DNA of 62,293 bases, the filler included, from Chiloscyllium plagiosum (lineage: Eukaryota): assembly GCF_004010195.1 (NCBI RefSeq). It is 3 parts of one record of this genome, joined end to end, with 100 filler letters (N's around TTAATTAATTAA, not from the genome) between each part and the next. Parts side by side here need not be neighbours in the genome. Positions count along the whole stretch, not along the records: positions 1 to 31,129 come from NC_057715.1; 2 more parts are not named here. One strand, 5' to 3'. This document shows, one piece after another, positions 12,376-26,391 of this stretch. The translations under genes were made by a program, and so were the position numbers. Under the pieces are notes generated by a model. The model worked only from the letters and a program-made list of their open reading frames with translations, searched no databases and had not been told where the DNA came from. The stretch's first letter is position 1. Each line of letters starts with the position of its first letter.

Positions 12376-13054
12376 AGTCTGGGATGCGGGTTCAGGGAAG
12401 TATTGTCTTCTACAGGGACGGGGAGGATCAAGAAGGCAATGAGAGGCTTGGAAGGGAACAGAGGAGATTTCAACAGATGCAGAGGGAAAGCTGCAAGGAT
12501 GAAATTAATAAAGTCACAAGGGACTTCGAGGAAGAAGGCCACAAGAAGAAGGAGCCAGCAAGTGAAAGAAAGAACTTTAATCCTTCAACAATTGAATGCT
12601 CAACCACTTGGCACTGAAGAAAGCCTGATTAATGCTGAATCTCGACCTTGAGGCTGTGTTAGACCTGGAGCTACAGTTTGGAGAGAAATGTAGTCAATAA
12701 CTTTGTTATCAAAATTGTCAATTCTTAAATTTAAACCTGGGATTCAGATATGCAAAAAAGTTAATAGCTTAGTCATTTTTAAGACATTCCAATTTGTTAT
12801 AAATGTGATTGAGATGCATTAGCTGTGTCATCACCACTCAGTTTAAAGTATGTTTCTGTTTATATCTTTTTTTGTGCCTGACACTAATTAAAATAAAACT
12901 TTTTTTGCTGGGTTATGACTGTTGTTATGTTACTAGGTTAAATACTTGCTGGTGGCTTAGAACAAACGTTTTTCTAGCATATTGCAGCGTTATGTTAACA
13001 GCGGGTTAATAATTAAGAATACTAATAAGTTCTTCCATGTGATTTCAAATTACA

Positions 13055-13345
13055 GAATCCTTGCACAGTGGAAGAAGACCATTCAGCCCATTGAGTCCAC
13101 ACCAACCTCCAAAGAACATCCCAGCCAGAACTACCCTCTAGCTCTGCATTTCCCATGGCTAATCCACCTAACCTTCACATTCCTGGACAATTTATCATGG
13201 CCAATCCACCTAAACCTGCACATCTTTAGACTGTGGGAGGAAGCCCACAGGAAAACATGAAAACTCCACACAGGCAGCCACCCAAGGGTGGAATCGAACC
13301 AAGTCCCCTAGCGCTGTGAGGCAACTGAGCTATCATGCCTGCACT
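13055..13345 (-). mobile_element. HE1-like SINE
   Basis: Reverse complement of SINE core and B box. Confidence 0.85.
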
Positions 13346-13611
13346 GGTGGGGTCATCCCGACCTGATTGTATAACTGAATAAATGTGCAGATCTCCCTGG
13401 GCAGTTATGCTACAAAAATGAAGACGCAATCACACTAAAATTCAACAACGCAGGAATTTCAGGTACAATACCTGCACTGATCATCAGTTATTAATCCAAA
13501 GTACAGTCTGCTGTATTTTGTGTCTCAGAAATATGTACAGCTAATACATTCTCTGTTCTATGCTAGTGTCAAGGAAATACATATGTATTAGGAACAGAAC
13601 CAGGCCATTCA

Positions 13612-13930
13612 CCGCCGCACCAATGGCTCAGTGGTTAACACTGCTGCCTCACAGTGCCAGGGATCCGGCTTTGATTTCAGCCTTGGGCAACTGTCTGTGT
13701 ACAGTTTGCACATCCTCCCTGTATCTGTGTGGGTTTCCTCTGGGTGCTCAAGTTTCCTCCCACAATCCAAAGACCTGCAGGTTAGGTGAATTGGCCATGC
13801 TAAATTGCCCACAGTGTCAGGTGCATTAGTCAGGGGTATATATAGGGTAGGGCAATGGGTCTGGGTGGGTTACTCGTCGGTGTGGACTTGTTGAGCTGAA
13901 GGGCCTGTTTCCATACTGTAGGGAATCTAA
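13612..13930 (+). mobile_element. HE1-like SINE, near full length
   Basis: A and B boxes, core, tail. Confidence 0.9.
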
Positions 13931-14236
13931 TATAAACCTGCTCTGCTCTTCAATCAGATCATGGCTAAAATGTTTTAACTTTGAAATGCAAATCCCCATC
14001 CACCCCATGAATACAGATATAAGAACTTTAAAATGTCTACTGTCGCGCTTCCAGCTTTTTTTTCGGTTTAAGTTGTTCTTTCTCAGTCAGTGTTTTTTCT
14101 CTTAACGTCAATTTTCCTGATCCTCGGATGCTGCCTGACCTGCTGTGCTTTTCCAGCAACACACTTCTGACTCTTTCTCAGTCAGTGTCCACAGGATCAA
14201 CTAACCATGTGCAGAGAACAGATCTCAGGCCTATGT

Positions 14237-15243
14237 CAAGTGCCACAAGGATCGGTGCTAGGCCCTCTACTTTTTGTCATTTACATAAATGATTTGGATG
14301 TGACCATAAGAGGTACAGTTAGTAAGTTTAAAGATGACACTAAAATTGGAGGTGTAGTGGACAGCGAAGGGGGTTACCTCAGATTACAACAGGATCTTGA
14401 CCAGTTGGGCCAATGGGCTGAGAAGTGGTAGATGGAGTTTAATTCAGATAGATGCAAGGTGCTGCATTTTGGGAAAGCAAATCTTAGCAGGACTAATATA
14501 CTTAATGGTAAGGTCCTAGGGAGTGTTGCTGAACAGAGAGACCTTGGAGTGCAGGTTCATAGCTCCTTGAAAGTGGGGTCGCAGATAGATAGGATAGTGA
14601 GGAAGGTGTTTGGTATTCTTTCCTTTATTGATCAGAATATTGAGTACAGGAATTGGGAGGTCATGTTGTGGCTGTACAGGACATTGGTTAGGCCACTGTT
14701 GGAATATTGCTTGAAATTCTGGTCTCCTTACTATCGGAAAGCTTCTGTGAAACCTGAAAGGGCTCAGAAAAAATTTACAAGGATATTGCCAGGGTTGGAG
14801 GATTTGAGCTACAGGGTGAGGTTGAACAGGCTGGGGCTGTTTTCCCTGGAGTGTCGGAGGCTGAGGGGTGACCTTATAGAGGTTTACAAAATCATGAGGG
14901 GCATGAATAGAATAAATAGACAAAGTCTCTTCCCTGGGGTTGGGGAGTCCAGAACTAGAGGGCATAGGTTTAGGGTGAGAGGGGAAAGATGTAAAAGAGA
15001 CCTAAGGGGCAAAGTTTTCACACAGAGGGTGGTACGTATACGGAATGAGCCGCCAGAGGAAGTGGTGGAGGCTGGTACAATTGCAACATGTAAGAGGCAT
15101 TTGGATGGGTATATGAATAGGAAGGGTTTGGAAGGATATGGGCCGGGTGCTGGCAGGTGGGACTAGATTGGGTTGGGATATCTGGTCAGCATGGACGAGT
15201 TGGACCAAAGGGTCTGTTTCCATGCTGTACATCTCTATGACTT
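14237..15243 (+). mobile_element. CR1/HER1 LINE, RT C-terminal half to 3' end
   Basis: [19 protein letters not shown]...KFKDDTK, 244-aa ORF 14432-15166, CR1 3'UTR. Confidence 0.95.
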
Positions 15244-15277
15244 GGGAAGGATTTGTTAGATTTTTAAAAATAGGTTA

Positions 15278-15797
15278 GGGTGGCATGGTGGCTTAGTGGT
15301 TAGCACTGCTACCTCACAGCCCCAAGGACCCATGTTCGATTCCCACCTCAGATGGCTGCTTGATGTGTAGATTAGGTGCATTAGTGAGGGGTAAATATAG
15401 GATAGAGGAATGAGACTGAGTGGGTTACTCTTCAGAGGGTCGGTGTGGGCTTCTTGGGCCGAAAGGCCTGTTCCCACACTGTAGAGATTCTATGACTGCT
15501 ACATTACAGCACCAAGGACCCAGGTTCGATTCCAGCCTCGGGCGACTGCTGTGTGGAGTTTGCATTTTCTCCTCATGCCTGTGTAAGTTTCCCCCAGGTG
15601 CTGTGATTTCCTTCCACAGTCAAAAGATGTGCAGGTTAGGGTAGATTGGCCATACTAAATTGCCCATAGTGTTCAGGGATGTGTAGGTTAGGTGCATTAG
15701 TCAGGGGTAATGTCGGGGAATGGGTGGGCTATTCTTCAGAGGAATGGTGTGGACCTGTTGAGCCAAATGGCCTGTTTCGACACTGTAGGCATTCTAT
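15278..15797 (+). mobile_element. Two tandem HE1-like SINEs (first internally deleted)
   Basis: SINE heads at ~15278 and ~15497; shared tails. Confidence 0.8.
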
Positions 15798-16249
15798 ACT
15801 GTTACTGTAACTCATTGTGAGTTGTGTTTACATTGTTGCTTTGCAAGCAGTGGGTAAAGAGAGATAAGATATCGCAATACCAGAGTGTGTGTGCGTAGAG
15901 TGAAATTTGTCCAGAAATAGATCGGTTTGTGATATTGTTTCCAATTCTGGATACCAGAAATCATCAGCTGGCCAATAATTCTTTGATTAGCTCTAGATAG
16001 CTGAACAGCTTGAATGTTTACAATAGAATGAAAAGCCACTGGATTACTTAGTGAGCAGGTTCTGAGTCTCTGTCTACAGTAAGACTGAATGAACCCTGAA
16101 CATGATGATTTTCTCCCATCAGTTGCTGTAAGTTGATGACTTTTACAATCAGTATATCAATTGTCCTGTGCCTCTTGAGACGAAGTGAAAGAATCTATAA
16201 AGGAGATTGGAGAACAGCAGGTCTTGGGAATCAAAAGGAGCATTTCGAA

Positions 16250-16575
16250 TTGCCAAGGTCTTTTCCACAGGATGGGGGAATCCATAACTAGACAGTATAG
16301 GTTTAAGGTGAGAGGAAAAAATATAGAAGGGACCGGAGGGGCAACTTTTTTGTGCAGTGGGCCATGTGTCTATGGAATGAGCTGCCAGAGGAAGTGGTGG
16401 AGGCTGGTACAATTACAACACTTCAAAGGCATCTGGAAGAGTACATGAATAGGAAGGGTTTAGAGGGATATGAGCCAAAATGCTGGTAAATGGGACAAGA
16501 TTAAGATATCTGGTCAGCATGGACATGTTGGACCAAAGGGTCTGTTTCTGTGTTATACATCGCTGTGACTCTATG
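16250..16575 (+). mobile_element. CR1 3' end
   Basis: Matches the 3' part of the 14237-15243 copy. Confidence 0.85.
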
Positions 16576-17574
16576 ACCCTATCAAATCCTTTGATTGATG
16601 CTATTGAACTGCATTTCTCATTCCTATTTTTTCATCCACATCATTTTCTTGTTTGTGTCTATATGTATCTTTTAGGGGCTTTGGAAGACATTACAGTTTC
16701 AACTAGTAGAGTTAAATCTTGATAATCCATAGTTTTATTTTGCCTGTGGATGAGTTCAGGGATGTGTAAGCTAGATGGACGAGCCAGGGTAAATGTGGAG
16801 TTACGGGGATAGGGCAGGACACTCCTCAAGGGTCTGTGCAGACTCGATGGACCAATGGACCCCAGGAATATTGGGGCTTGAGTATCATTACATTTTCCCA
16901 AGTCAGTCACAACGGTACAGGAGTCAACAGTGACAAGTCTATAGATAGGAGGCAGAACCGCACAGTTCTAGCTGACCAGGAAACTCTCTCACTCACCGTA
17001 GATGTATAGGAAGGATTAACAATCATCTTGTTTAGTCATGATGTGACAGACATTAGTCATGATGTGACAGACATTAGGTTCTAAAGTAGGATTTGAGCCT
17101 CACCCAGAAGTAGTGATCCTGGAGAATCACAGCAGGTCAGGCAGCATCTGAGGAACAGGAGAGTCGATGTGCTTTTCCAGCACCACACTTTATAACTCTG
17201 ATCCCCAGCATCTGCAGTCCTCACTTTCTCCCAGAGTTAGTGATGTTACCCATGCATTCTATTGAGGCAGTGTGGACCATGAGTTAGTGAGACTGATCCC
17301 TCATCAACAATGTATGGATTTGGGGTGAAAGGGGAAGAATTCCTCTTTGTTTTTACAAAGTAACTAGAATTGAATTCTTTCAGTATACATTTATAAACAG
17401 AGCAATTTTCCCTCTCACTATTTCTCTAGGTTTGTAGCGATCCTTGAAGCACATTTGCAAGTCTAGATTGTCCATTCTTTCATCTTAACCTTTTATTCAT
17501 TTTCTGTGGGTACTTTGCAAAGAATTGCAATCACAACACATCAAGACTCCTTTTAAAGGATAAAAGCAAATTTA

Positions 17575-18520
17575 TCCCAACTCCAACACGATGCCGCCAC
17601 TAAATACATCTTTCCTTCCCTCCCCCTGTCTGCATTCTGCAGAGATCACACCTAACACCTCTCCCATCACACCTAACACCTCTCCCATCACACACGGCAC
17701 CTCTGCCATGCAATCGCAGAAGGTGCAACACCTGCCCCTTTACCTCTTCCATGCTCACCATCCAAGGCCCCAGACGCTCATTTCAGATTAAGCAGCGTTT
17801 CACTTGTACCTTTCAATTTGGTCTGTTGCATTCGTTGCTCCCAATGTGGTCTCCTCTATATTGGAGAGACAAAATGCCGACTGGGTGATCGCTTTGCTGA
17901 GCACCTTAGGTCTGTACGCAGTCAGGTCCCGGGCCTTCCCGTTCCTTGCCATTTCAACACCCAACCCTGCTCCCATGCCCACATGTCTGTCCTGGGCCTG
18001 TTGCAATGTTCCAGTGAAGCTCAACGCAAACTGGAGGAACAGCATCTCATCTTNNNNNNNNNNNNNNNNNNNNNNNNNNNNNNNNNNNNNNNNNNNNNNN
18101 NNNNNNNNNNNNNNNNNNNNNNNNNNNNNNNNNNNNNNNNNNNNNNNNNNNNNNNNNNNNNNNNNNNNNNNNNNNNNNNNNNNNNCTGGCTATGCACTGT
18201 CAATAACACCTCTTTATTGCTACCTTTGTTTCTGGAGCCATGACTCACCTTCTCTCAGCCACGTATAAATACCTCCCTAATCCCCCCTTTTTTAGCTTTG
18301 ACAAAGGGTCAGTTAGACTCGAAACGTCAGCTCTTTTCTCTCCTTACAGATGCTGCCAGACTTGCTGAGTTCCTGAAGAAGGGCTTATGCCCGAAACGTC
18401 GATTCTCCTGCTCCTAATGCTGCCTGACCTGCTGCGCTTTTCCAGCAACACATTTTTCAGCTCTGATCTCCAGCATCTGCAGTCCTCACTTGCTGAGATT
18501 TTCCAGCATTTTCTCTTTTT
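17575..18520 (+). mobile_element. Penelope-like element 3' part: GIY-YIG endonuclease plus terminal repeat, spanning gap 18054-18185
   Basis: VCCIRCSQCGLLYIGETKCRLGDRFAEHLRSV...HFN...RKLEEQHLI; degenerate hammerhead-like core at 18298-18328 on the same strand. Confidence 0.9.
18373..18400 (+). ncRNA. Minimal hammerhead core (family A) in a short element nested in another PLE terminal repeat
   Basis: CTGAAGA-agggcttatgccc-GAAA-cg-TC; acttgctgag duplicated on both sides of the ~120-bp insert. Confidence 0.7.
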
Positions 18521-18829
18521 TGGCTCCTTTTAAAGGACTTGCAGGGGGGGCTTTCTTTTGTTTGAAAGACTGGCATGTCAGCACATTGAAGATTTGAGGA
18601 GAAAACTGTACTTAATCAATCACTTCAGGTTTGGTGCAGTAAATGACAGAAAGAACATTGAGCCCAGTTACTGTCTCTGGCTCAGGCCATAAGATCACAC
18701 AGGCACTGCTCTTTAGCGAATTAAAATAAACAAGTTCATAGAACATAGAACATAGAACATAGTTCAGTTTTTTTTAACCTGGCCTCCATTTTATCCTGGA
18801 TCAAAGGATAATGAGCCAAACAGCCACAA

Positions 18830-19280
18830 CAGTAGCCTGTATTTATATAGCACTGGTAATGTAAGAAAATGGCCAAAGGACATTCGCCTTGCTATGTTGT
18901 AAAGCAAAGTTATCCACTGTGCTACATCGGGCAGTATTACAGCAAATGTCCAACTGTTTGGTCAGAGGTAAGTTATAAATGAAGCCTTAAAGAATGAAAG
19001 AAACCAAAAGATGAGAGATGTTGAGGGAGGGAAATCCAAAACTTAGAGCCCAGGCAGTTGAAGGTATAGCCACTAATGGTGCAGTGTCCAAAACTGGGGG
19101 GGCAGATAAAAGGCCTGAACTAGACACCTCAGAGGTTTGTGAGGATGGAGGAAGGTATAGAAACAAAAGTGGGTGAGACCTTGGAGGGATTTGAAACAAG
19201 GATGAGAATTTTCCAATTGGGATGTTGCTTAACCGAATGCCAATTCAGTTCAACAGAATCAGATAAATGGGACTTGGTAC
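18830..19280 (-). mobile_element. Old L2-like LINE 3' fragment
   Basis: Begins with atttatatagcac, typical of an L2-type 3' end in reverse; heavily decayed. Confidence 0.45.
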
Positions 19281-20019
19281 AGCCAGTAGAACTGTCCTGA
19301 ACTTAACTCCATCTTTTTATTTTAGCATCTTATCTCCTATTGGCCTGGGTGAGTAAAGACCCTTCAATCGCAGATGTCAGATTATTAGGCGGTAGAAGTG
19401 GATGCCATTGTAATATTTAAAAGACATTTGGACAGATGTATAAATAGGAAAGGTTTAGAGGGATATAGGTCAAATGCAGGAAAACGAGGCTAGTTCAGTT
19501 TAGGATACCTGATCAGCATGGGCGAGTCGGACCAAAGGATCTGTTTCCATGCTGTGTGACTCTATGACTCCATCTGGTTCCAACAATTCCAAGAATGAGG
19601 AACTTGAGATAAGATATTCTTGATAGCTGACATGTGACTCTAGGTTACCAACAACATAGTTGACTCTTAGCTGTTCTCTGGCTAATTAGAGATGTCTAAT
19701 ACTGACCCAGCCAGGAATGCCCAACGTGGAAAAATAGTGCTTCTTCTGACACACATTGTAGTTAAACACAAAGTTCTAATAATTGCCTATTTTTTCAGAG
19801 GCATGTCTTCACCAACCTCTCCAAAACTCACTGAACAATTTTGTTTCATTATATCCAGACCTTTAATTCTCCTTCATTTATGTATTATTTTCCTTTGTTC
19901 TTTCACGTTGGTGCACAAAACCAGTGTTTGTTGCCTGTCCCTAATTGCCCTTACACTGGGTTGCCTTCAGAGTCAACCGTATTATTGTGGGTCTGGAGTA
20001 AGGATAGCTCACAGAGAGA

Positions 20020-21415
20020 TGTTGTTTCCTTGTTCAAGGAGCAGAAACAACCCTGGAAATTATAGATCAGTGAGCCTTCTTTCAGTTGTGGGTAAAGCTT
20101 TGGAAAGGGTAATAAGAAATAGGATTTATAATCATCTAGAAAGGAATAAGTTGATTAGGGATAGTCAACACGGTTTTGTGAAGGATAGGTAGTGCTTCAC
20201 AAACATTGTTGAGTTCTTTGAGAAGGTGACCAAACAGGTGGATGAGAATAAAGCAGTTGATGTGGTGTATATAGATATCAGTAATGTGTTTGATAAGGTT
20301 CCCCATGGTAGGCTATTGCACAAAATACGGAGGCATGGGATTGAGGGTGATTTAATGGTTTGGATCAGAAATTGGCTAGCTGAAAGAAGACAGAGGGTGA
20401 TGATTGATGGGAAATGTTTATCCTGGAGTTCAGTTGCTAGTGGTGTATGGCAAGGATCTGTTTTGGGGCCACTGCTGTTTGTCATGTTTATAAATGACCT
20501 GGATAAGGGCATAGAAGGACGGGTTAGTAAATTTGTGGATGACACAAAGGTCAGTAGAGTTATGGATGGTGATGAAGGATGTTGTAGGTTATAGAGAGAC
20601 ATAGATAAGCTGCAGAGCTGGGCTGAGAGGTGGCAAATGAAGTTTAAGGCAGATAAGTGTGAGGTGATTCACTTTGGAAGGATTAACAGGAATGCAGAGT
20701 ATTGGGCTAATGGTAGGCTTCTTGGTAGTGTACATGAGCAGAGAGATCTCGATGTCAGGTACATAGATCATTGAAAGTTGCCACCAGGTTGATAAGGTTG
20801 ATAAGTAGGCATAAGGTGTGTTAGCTTTTATTGGTAGGTAGGGAGTGAGTTTCAGAACCATGAGATCGTGCTGCTGCAGTACAAAACTCTGGTGTGGCCA
20901 CATTTGGAGTACTGCATACAGTTCTGGTCACTGCATTATAAGAAGGATGTGGAAGCTTTCGAAAGGTTTCAGAGGAGATTTACTGGGATGTTGCCTGGCA
21001 TGGAGGGAAGGTCTTACAAGGAAAGGCTGAGGGACTGGAGGCTGTTTTCATTAAAGAGAAGAAGGTTGAGAGGTGACTTAATTGAGACCTATAGGATACC
21101 CAGAGGGTTAGATAGGGTGGACAGTGAGAGCCTTTTTCCTTGGATGGTGATGGGAGCATAGTTTTAAATTGAGGGGTGATAGATATAGGACAGATGTCAG
21201 AGGTAGTTTCTTTACTCAGAGTAGTAGGGGCATGGAACACACAGCCTGCAACAATAATGAACTTGCTATCTCTAAGGGCATTTATATGGTCATTGGATAG
21301 ACATATGGAGGAGAATGGAATAGTGTGGTTAGATGAGCTTCAGATTGGTTCCACAGGTTGGCACAACATCGTGGGCTGAAGGTCCTGTATTGCGCTGTAA
21401 TGTTCTATGTTCTAT
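20020..21415 (+). mobile_element. CR1 LINE with complete but broken RT
   Basis: [40 protein letters not shown]; stops and frameshifts; (ttctatg) tail. Confidence 0.95.
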
Positions 21416-22146
21416 GAGATATTAGACTAAGTTATCAAAAGTTATTTCAAGCTTTAAGTGCTGTCTAAAAAAGAGGAGAGAGATGTTGAAGAAGAGAATG
21501 TCAGAATATAGTTTCTTCACAGCTATGATCAACGGTGAAACTAATCTGAATGAAAATAGGCTAAAATAAGGGAGTACAAAGACCTTGGAGTGCATGTGGA
21601 AGAGATTACATAGAGATGGAGTAGACGGCATGGGGAAATTAATAGGGAAAATGCTACAGAAACACAGCAGCTCTGACAGCATCTGTGAAAGAGTTAACAT
21701 TTCAAGTCCAATGTGACTCCCTTCAGAACTTGAGAGATTTGAAAACAAGAATAACGATTTTTTAAAAAAACTGTATCTGGTCAGGGCGATGAGTGAACAG
21801 GACAGGACACAAGTTAAACAAACTCAGCAGGTCTGGCAGTGTCTTTGGGAAGAGGAACAGAGTTCACATTTCAAACTCTGCTCTATCTTCACAATTGCTT
21901 CCAAACATGTTATGTTTCTCCAGAAATTTCAATGTTTGTTTCAGATCTCCAGCATCCACAGTTCTTTGTTTATTTTATGATGCAAGTTAGTTTTTGGTTG
22001 GCCTCAGGTTTGAGGGAGGGTTGGAAACGAGATCACTGGAAATCACTGGATCACTCCAGGGAAACAAAGTGGGCTGCATGTATCTCTCAGCTTCTTTCTT
22101 CTCTGGAATGTGAGTACTGGGGGGGCAGTGTCACAGCCTGGAGAAC

Positions 22147-22395
22147 ATGAAAAACAGAAATTACTGGAGAAACTCAACAGGTCTGGCAGCATCTCCGGAC
22201 AGAAAGCAGAGTTAATGTTTCGCGTCCAGTGACCCTTCTTCAGCACTGTTCCGTTCCAGTTCTGAGGAAGGGTCACTGGACTTGAAATGTTAACTCTGAT
22301 TACTTTCCACAGATGCAGTAAAGCGTGCTGAGTTTCTCCAGCAATTTCTGGTTTTATTTCTGATTTCCAGCATTTGCAGTTCTTTCGGTTTTTTC
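22147..22395. mobile_element. Fold-back pair of family-B PLE terminal repeats with hammerhead-like cores (~22213-22243 minus, 22262-22291 plus)
   Basis: CTGAGGA-agggtc actg gactt-GAAA-tg-TT and its inverted partner. Confidence 0.7.
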
Positions 22396-22430
22396 CTGAA
22401 TGTCTAAGGCAGCCTAACACACATGGTGCT

Positions 22431-22523
22431 TTCCTGAAGAAGGGCTTATGCCCGAAACGTCGATTCTCCTGTTCCCTGGATGCTGCCTGACCTGCTGCGC
22501 TTTTCCAGCAACACATTTTCAGC
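22431..22523 (+). mobile_element. Short family-A PLE-repeat element with hammerhead core at 22434-22461
   Basis: CTGAAGA-agggcttatgccc-GAAA-cg-TC. Confidence 0.8.
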
Positions 22524-23077
22524 AGGGTAGGACTTGTAAGCTTCCATCGCTCACTGGCTCTAGTGGCTAAGAAAAGTGAATTTTATCCTGGAATCCTTTG
22601 GGAATCCAATCAGATTCATTCAAGACATGGGCCTGAGGTGACTGTGAATTGCTGTGCATCCCCGCTTGAATATTTGATTTGTAGGCAGTGAAATCTTCCT
22701 CCTTATCAAATGGTGCTTGTGCCTTGCTTGGGTCAAGGTTATATTCATTCTAAGTCACGTTTAGAGTGATAACATGTCGATGTAATGTCCCTGTAGTCTC
22801 AGTACTCAAAAGAAGACAATTCTAATTCACTTGTGATAATGTATTTGAAGAGGTTTGCCATTATTCTCAGTGAAGCACCTTGAGATGTTTTACCGTATCC
22901 AAAGCTTGACAAGAACAAATTGTTACTGCATCTGTCTTCCTGGTCAGTACTGAAGGAATTATATAGATTTGATTTTTATAGGCAAGACTTGAGTTAACAT
23001 GTAAAGAGCAGAGAAGGTGAATGGGTGATTTAATAGAGGTGCTCAAAGTTATGAGGGGTTTCCACAGATGCTGTAAG

Positions 23078-24437
23078 ACGGAGCCTGATGGTCTACATCC
23101 CAGGGTACTGGAGGAGGTGGCTCAAGAAATCGTGGATGCGTTGGTGATTATTTTCCAGAGTTCGATAGATTCGGGATCAGTTCCTGCAAATTGAAGGGTG
23201 GCTAATGTTATACCACTTTTTAAGAAAGGTGGGAGAGAGAAAGCAGGAAATTATAGACCAGTTAGTCTGACCTCAGTGGTGGGAAAGATGCTGGATCTAT
23301 TATAAAGGATGAAATTACGACACATCTGGATAGTAGTAACAGGATAGGTCAGAGTCAGCATGGATTTATGAAGGGGAAATCATGCTTGACTAATCTTCTG
23401 GAATTTTTTGAGGATGTAACTCTGAAAATGGACGAGGGAGATCCNNNNNNNNNNNNNNNNNNNNNNNNNNNNNNNNNNNNNNNNNNNNNNNNNNNNNNNN
23501 NNNNNNNNNNNNNNNNNNNNNNNNNNNNNNNNNNNNNNNNNNNNNNNNNNNNNNNNNNNNNNNNNNNNNNNNNNNNNNNNNNNNNNNNNNNNNNNNNNNN
23601 NNNNNNNNNNNNNNNNNNNNNNNNNNNNNNNNNNNNNNNNNNNNNNNNNNNNNNNNNNNNNNNNNNNNNNNNNNNNNNNNNNNNNNNNNNNNNNNNNNNN
23701 NNNNNNNNNNNNNNNNNNNNNNNNNNNNNNNNNNNNNNNNNNNNNNNNNNNNNNNNNNNNNNNNNNNNNNNNNNNNNNNNNNNNNNNNNNNNNNNNNNNN
23801 NNNNNNNNNNNNNNNNNNNNNNNNNNNNNNNNNNNNNNNNNNNNNNNNNNNNNNNNNNNNNNNNNNNNNNNNNNNNNNNNNNNNNNNNNNNNNNNNNNNN
23901 NNNNNNNNNNNNNNNNNNNNNNNNNNNNNNNNNNNNNNNNNNNNNNNNNNNNNNNNNNNNNNNNNNNNNNNNNNNNNNNNNNNNNNNNNNNNNNNNNNNN
24001 NNNNNNNNNNNNNNNNNNNNNNNNNNNNNNNNNNNNNNNNNNNNNNNNNNNNNNNNNNNNNNNNNNNNNNNNNNNNNNNNNNNNNNNNNNNNNNNNNNNN
24101 NNNNNNNNNNNNNNNNNNNNNNNNNNNNNNNNNNNNNNNNNNNNNNNNNNNNNNNNNNNNNNNNNNNNNNNNNNNNNNNNNNNNNNNNNNNNNNTTTTCA
24201 CCCAGAGAGTGGTGGCTGTGGAATGCTCTTCCCCAGAGGGCAGTGGAGGCCCAGTCTCTGGATTCATTTAAAAAAGAGTTGGATAGAGCTCTCAAGGATA
24301 GTGGAATCAAGGGTTATGGAGACAAGGCAGGAACAGGATACTGATTAAGGATGATCAGCCATGATCATATTGAATGGTGGTGCAGGCTTGAAGGGCAGAA
24401 TGGCCTACTCCTGCACCTATTGTCTATTGTCTATTGT
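23078..24437 (+). mobile_element. Young CR1 LINE spanning gap 23445-24194
   Basis: PDGLHPRVL-type start, MKGKSCLTNLLEFFEDVT, (ctattgt)n tail. Confidence 0.9.
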
Positions 24438-24629
24438 TTTGATAGAATGGAAAAAAGGTAATTCGTCAACCAATCCCCCTCCCTTTTAATGCATCAATCT
24501 CTGCTATTCACGATATCCCTTTCTCAAACCATGATCACACCTAATTGTCTCATAAATCAACTTGTGCTGCTTTCTGCATTGCCATTCTTTAATCACCGTA
24601 TCCACAAAATTCTTCCTCATTTCACATTT

Positions 24630-25445
24630 CAGGGCGTTAAGTATTGGAGTTGGGAGCTCATGTTGTGTTGTACAAGACATTGGTTTGGCCACTTTTGGAA
24701 TACTGCATTCAATTCTGGTCTTCCTGCAATAAGAAAGATAGTGTGAGACTTGAAAAGGTTTCAAAAATATTGACAAGAATGTTGCCAGGGTTGGAGGGTT
24801 TGAGTTAAGGGGACAGATTGAATAGGCTGGGGCTGTTTGCCTTGGAGCATCAGAGGCTGAGGGGTAATCTTATGTATGTAAAGTCAAGAGGGGCATGGAT
24901 AGGTAAATAGCTAAGGTGGAGAAAGTGAGGACTGCAGATGCAGGAGACCAGAGTGGAGAGTGTGGTGCTGGAAAAGCACAGCCGGTCAGGCAGCATACGA
25001 GGAGCAGGAGAATCGATGTTTCAGGCGTAAAGACCTTCGTCAGGAATGCCCGAAACGTCAATTCTCCTGCTCCTCGGATGCTGCCTGATCAGCTGTGCTT
25101 TTCAAGTACCACAATCTTGATTCTAAACAGCCAAGGTATTTTCCCCAAAAGTCCAAAACTAGAGGGAATAGGTTTAAGGTGAGAGGAGAAAGGTTAAAAG
25201 GGTCTTAAGGGGCAATTTTGTCACACAGAGGGTGTTGCATGTATAGAATGAGCTGCCAGAGGAGGTGGTGGGGGCTGGTACAATTATATTTGAAAGGTAT
25301 CTGGGTGGGTATATAAATTGGAAGGGTTTAGAGGGATATGGGCCAAGTGCTGGCAAGTGGGACGAGATTAATTTAGGATATCTGGTCAGCATGCACGAGT
25401 TGGACCAAAGGGTCTGTTTCCATGCTGTATGTCTCGATGACTCTA
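24630..25445 (+). mobile_element. CR1 3' part interrupted by an inverted PLE-repeat pair (24918-25123)
   Basis: CR1 sequence resumes after the insert; flanks taaatagctaaggt (24904-24917) and taaacagccaaggt (25124-25137). Confidence 0.85.
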
Positions 25446-25554
25446 TGAAAAGCTCAGCAAGTCCAGCAGCATCTGTCAAGAGAAATCAAAGTTAACGTTT
25501 TGGCTCAGTTCTGAGGAAGGATCACCAGACCCAAAACATTAGCTTTGATATAGA

Positions 25555-25862
25555 TTTTTTAGATTAGATGACCTACAATGTGGAAACAGGTCCTTTGGCC
25601 CAACCAGTCCACACCAACCCTCCAAAGAGTAACCCTCCCAGACCCATTTCCCTCTGACTAATGCACCTAACACTATGGGCAATTTAGTATGGCCAATTCA
25701 CCTGGCCTGCACATTTTTGGACTGTTGGAGGAAACTGGAGCACCCAGAGGAAATCCACGCAGACACAGGGAGAATGTGCAAACTCCACACAGTTACCCGA
25801 GGCTGGAATTGAACCTGGAATCCTGGTGCTATGAGGCAGCAGTGCTAACCACTGAGCCACGA
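25555..25862 (-). mobile_element. HE1-like SINE, nested in a family-B PLE repeat (~25447-25965)
   Basis: Reverse SINE; PLE-repeat sequence on both sides. Confidence 0.85.
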
Positions 25863-26391
25863 TCCTGCTCATTTCTCCTCACAGATGCTGCCAGACCAGC
25901 TGAGCTGTCCCCTCCACTTCTGTTTTTGTTTCTGATTTGCAGCACCCACTGTTCTTTCAGTTTCTATGACTTCTGTCCCCTAGAATCTGAACTCTTGTTC
26001 TCAGGGACAAATAGCAGACGTCAATAAATGTCAATCTTGTTTGTTAATGACACTGCACTCTACCCAAGCCCCCATAATGAGCTTAAGCCCCAGTCTAAGC
26101 TGCCAAGTGACAATGGAGCCTATTCGGCTCTGATGGCCATCTTGCAAGCTGCCTGACATTATATCCCATCAACAGCAAAGCAATATGAAATCAAGGAAAA
26201 GAGAGGAAACTAGTGTTTGACCCAAACACGGCTCCCAGTATTGGAAGTTAATCTCAGTTAACATCAGGGCCAATAGTGATGTTGGCATTGGGTGTTAAAG
26301 ACAATTAATTTCTGCTTTCGATGATTAGTCACGTCCTGTGTCTCTAATGTCCAAATTGAATAGAATTGTCCTCATTTTGTAATGCGAATTG

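Noticed and set aside
14432..15166. 244-aa clean ORF as a possible host gene
   Set aside because: It is the CR1 ORF2 C-terminus, preceded by a stop in the RT frame
17032..17077. 21-bp tandem duplication (a similar one at ~17646-17692)
   Set aside because: Ordinary slippage duplications; no repeat-spacer organisation, so not CRISPR-like
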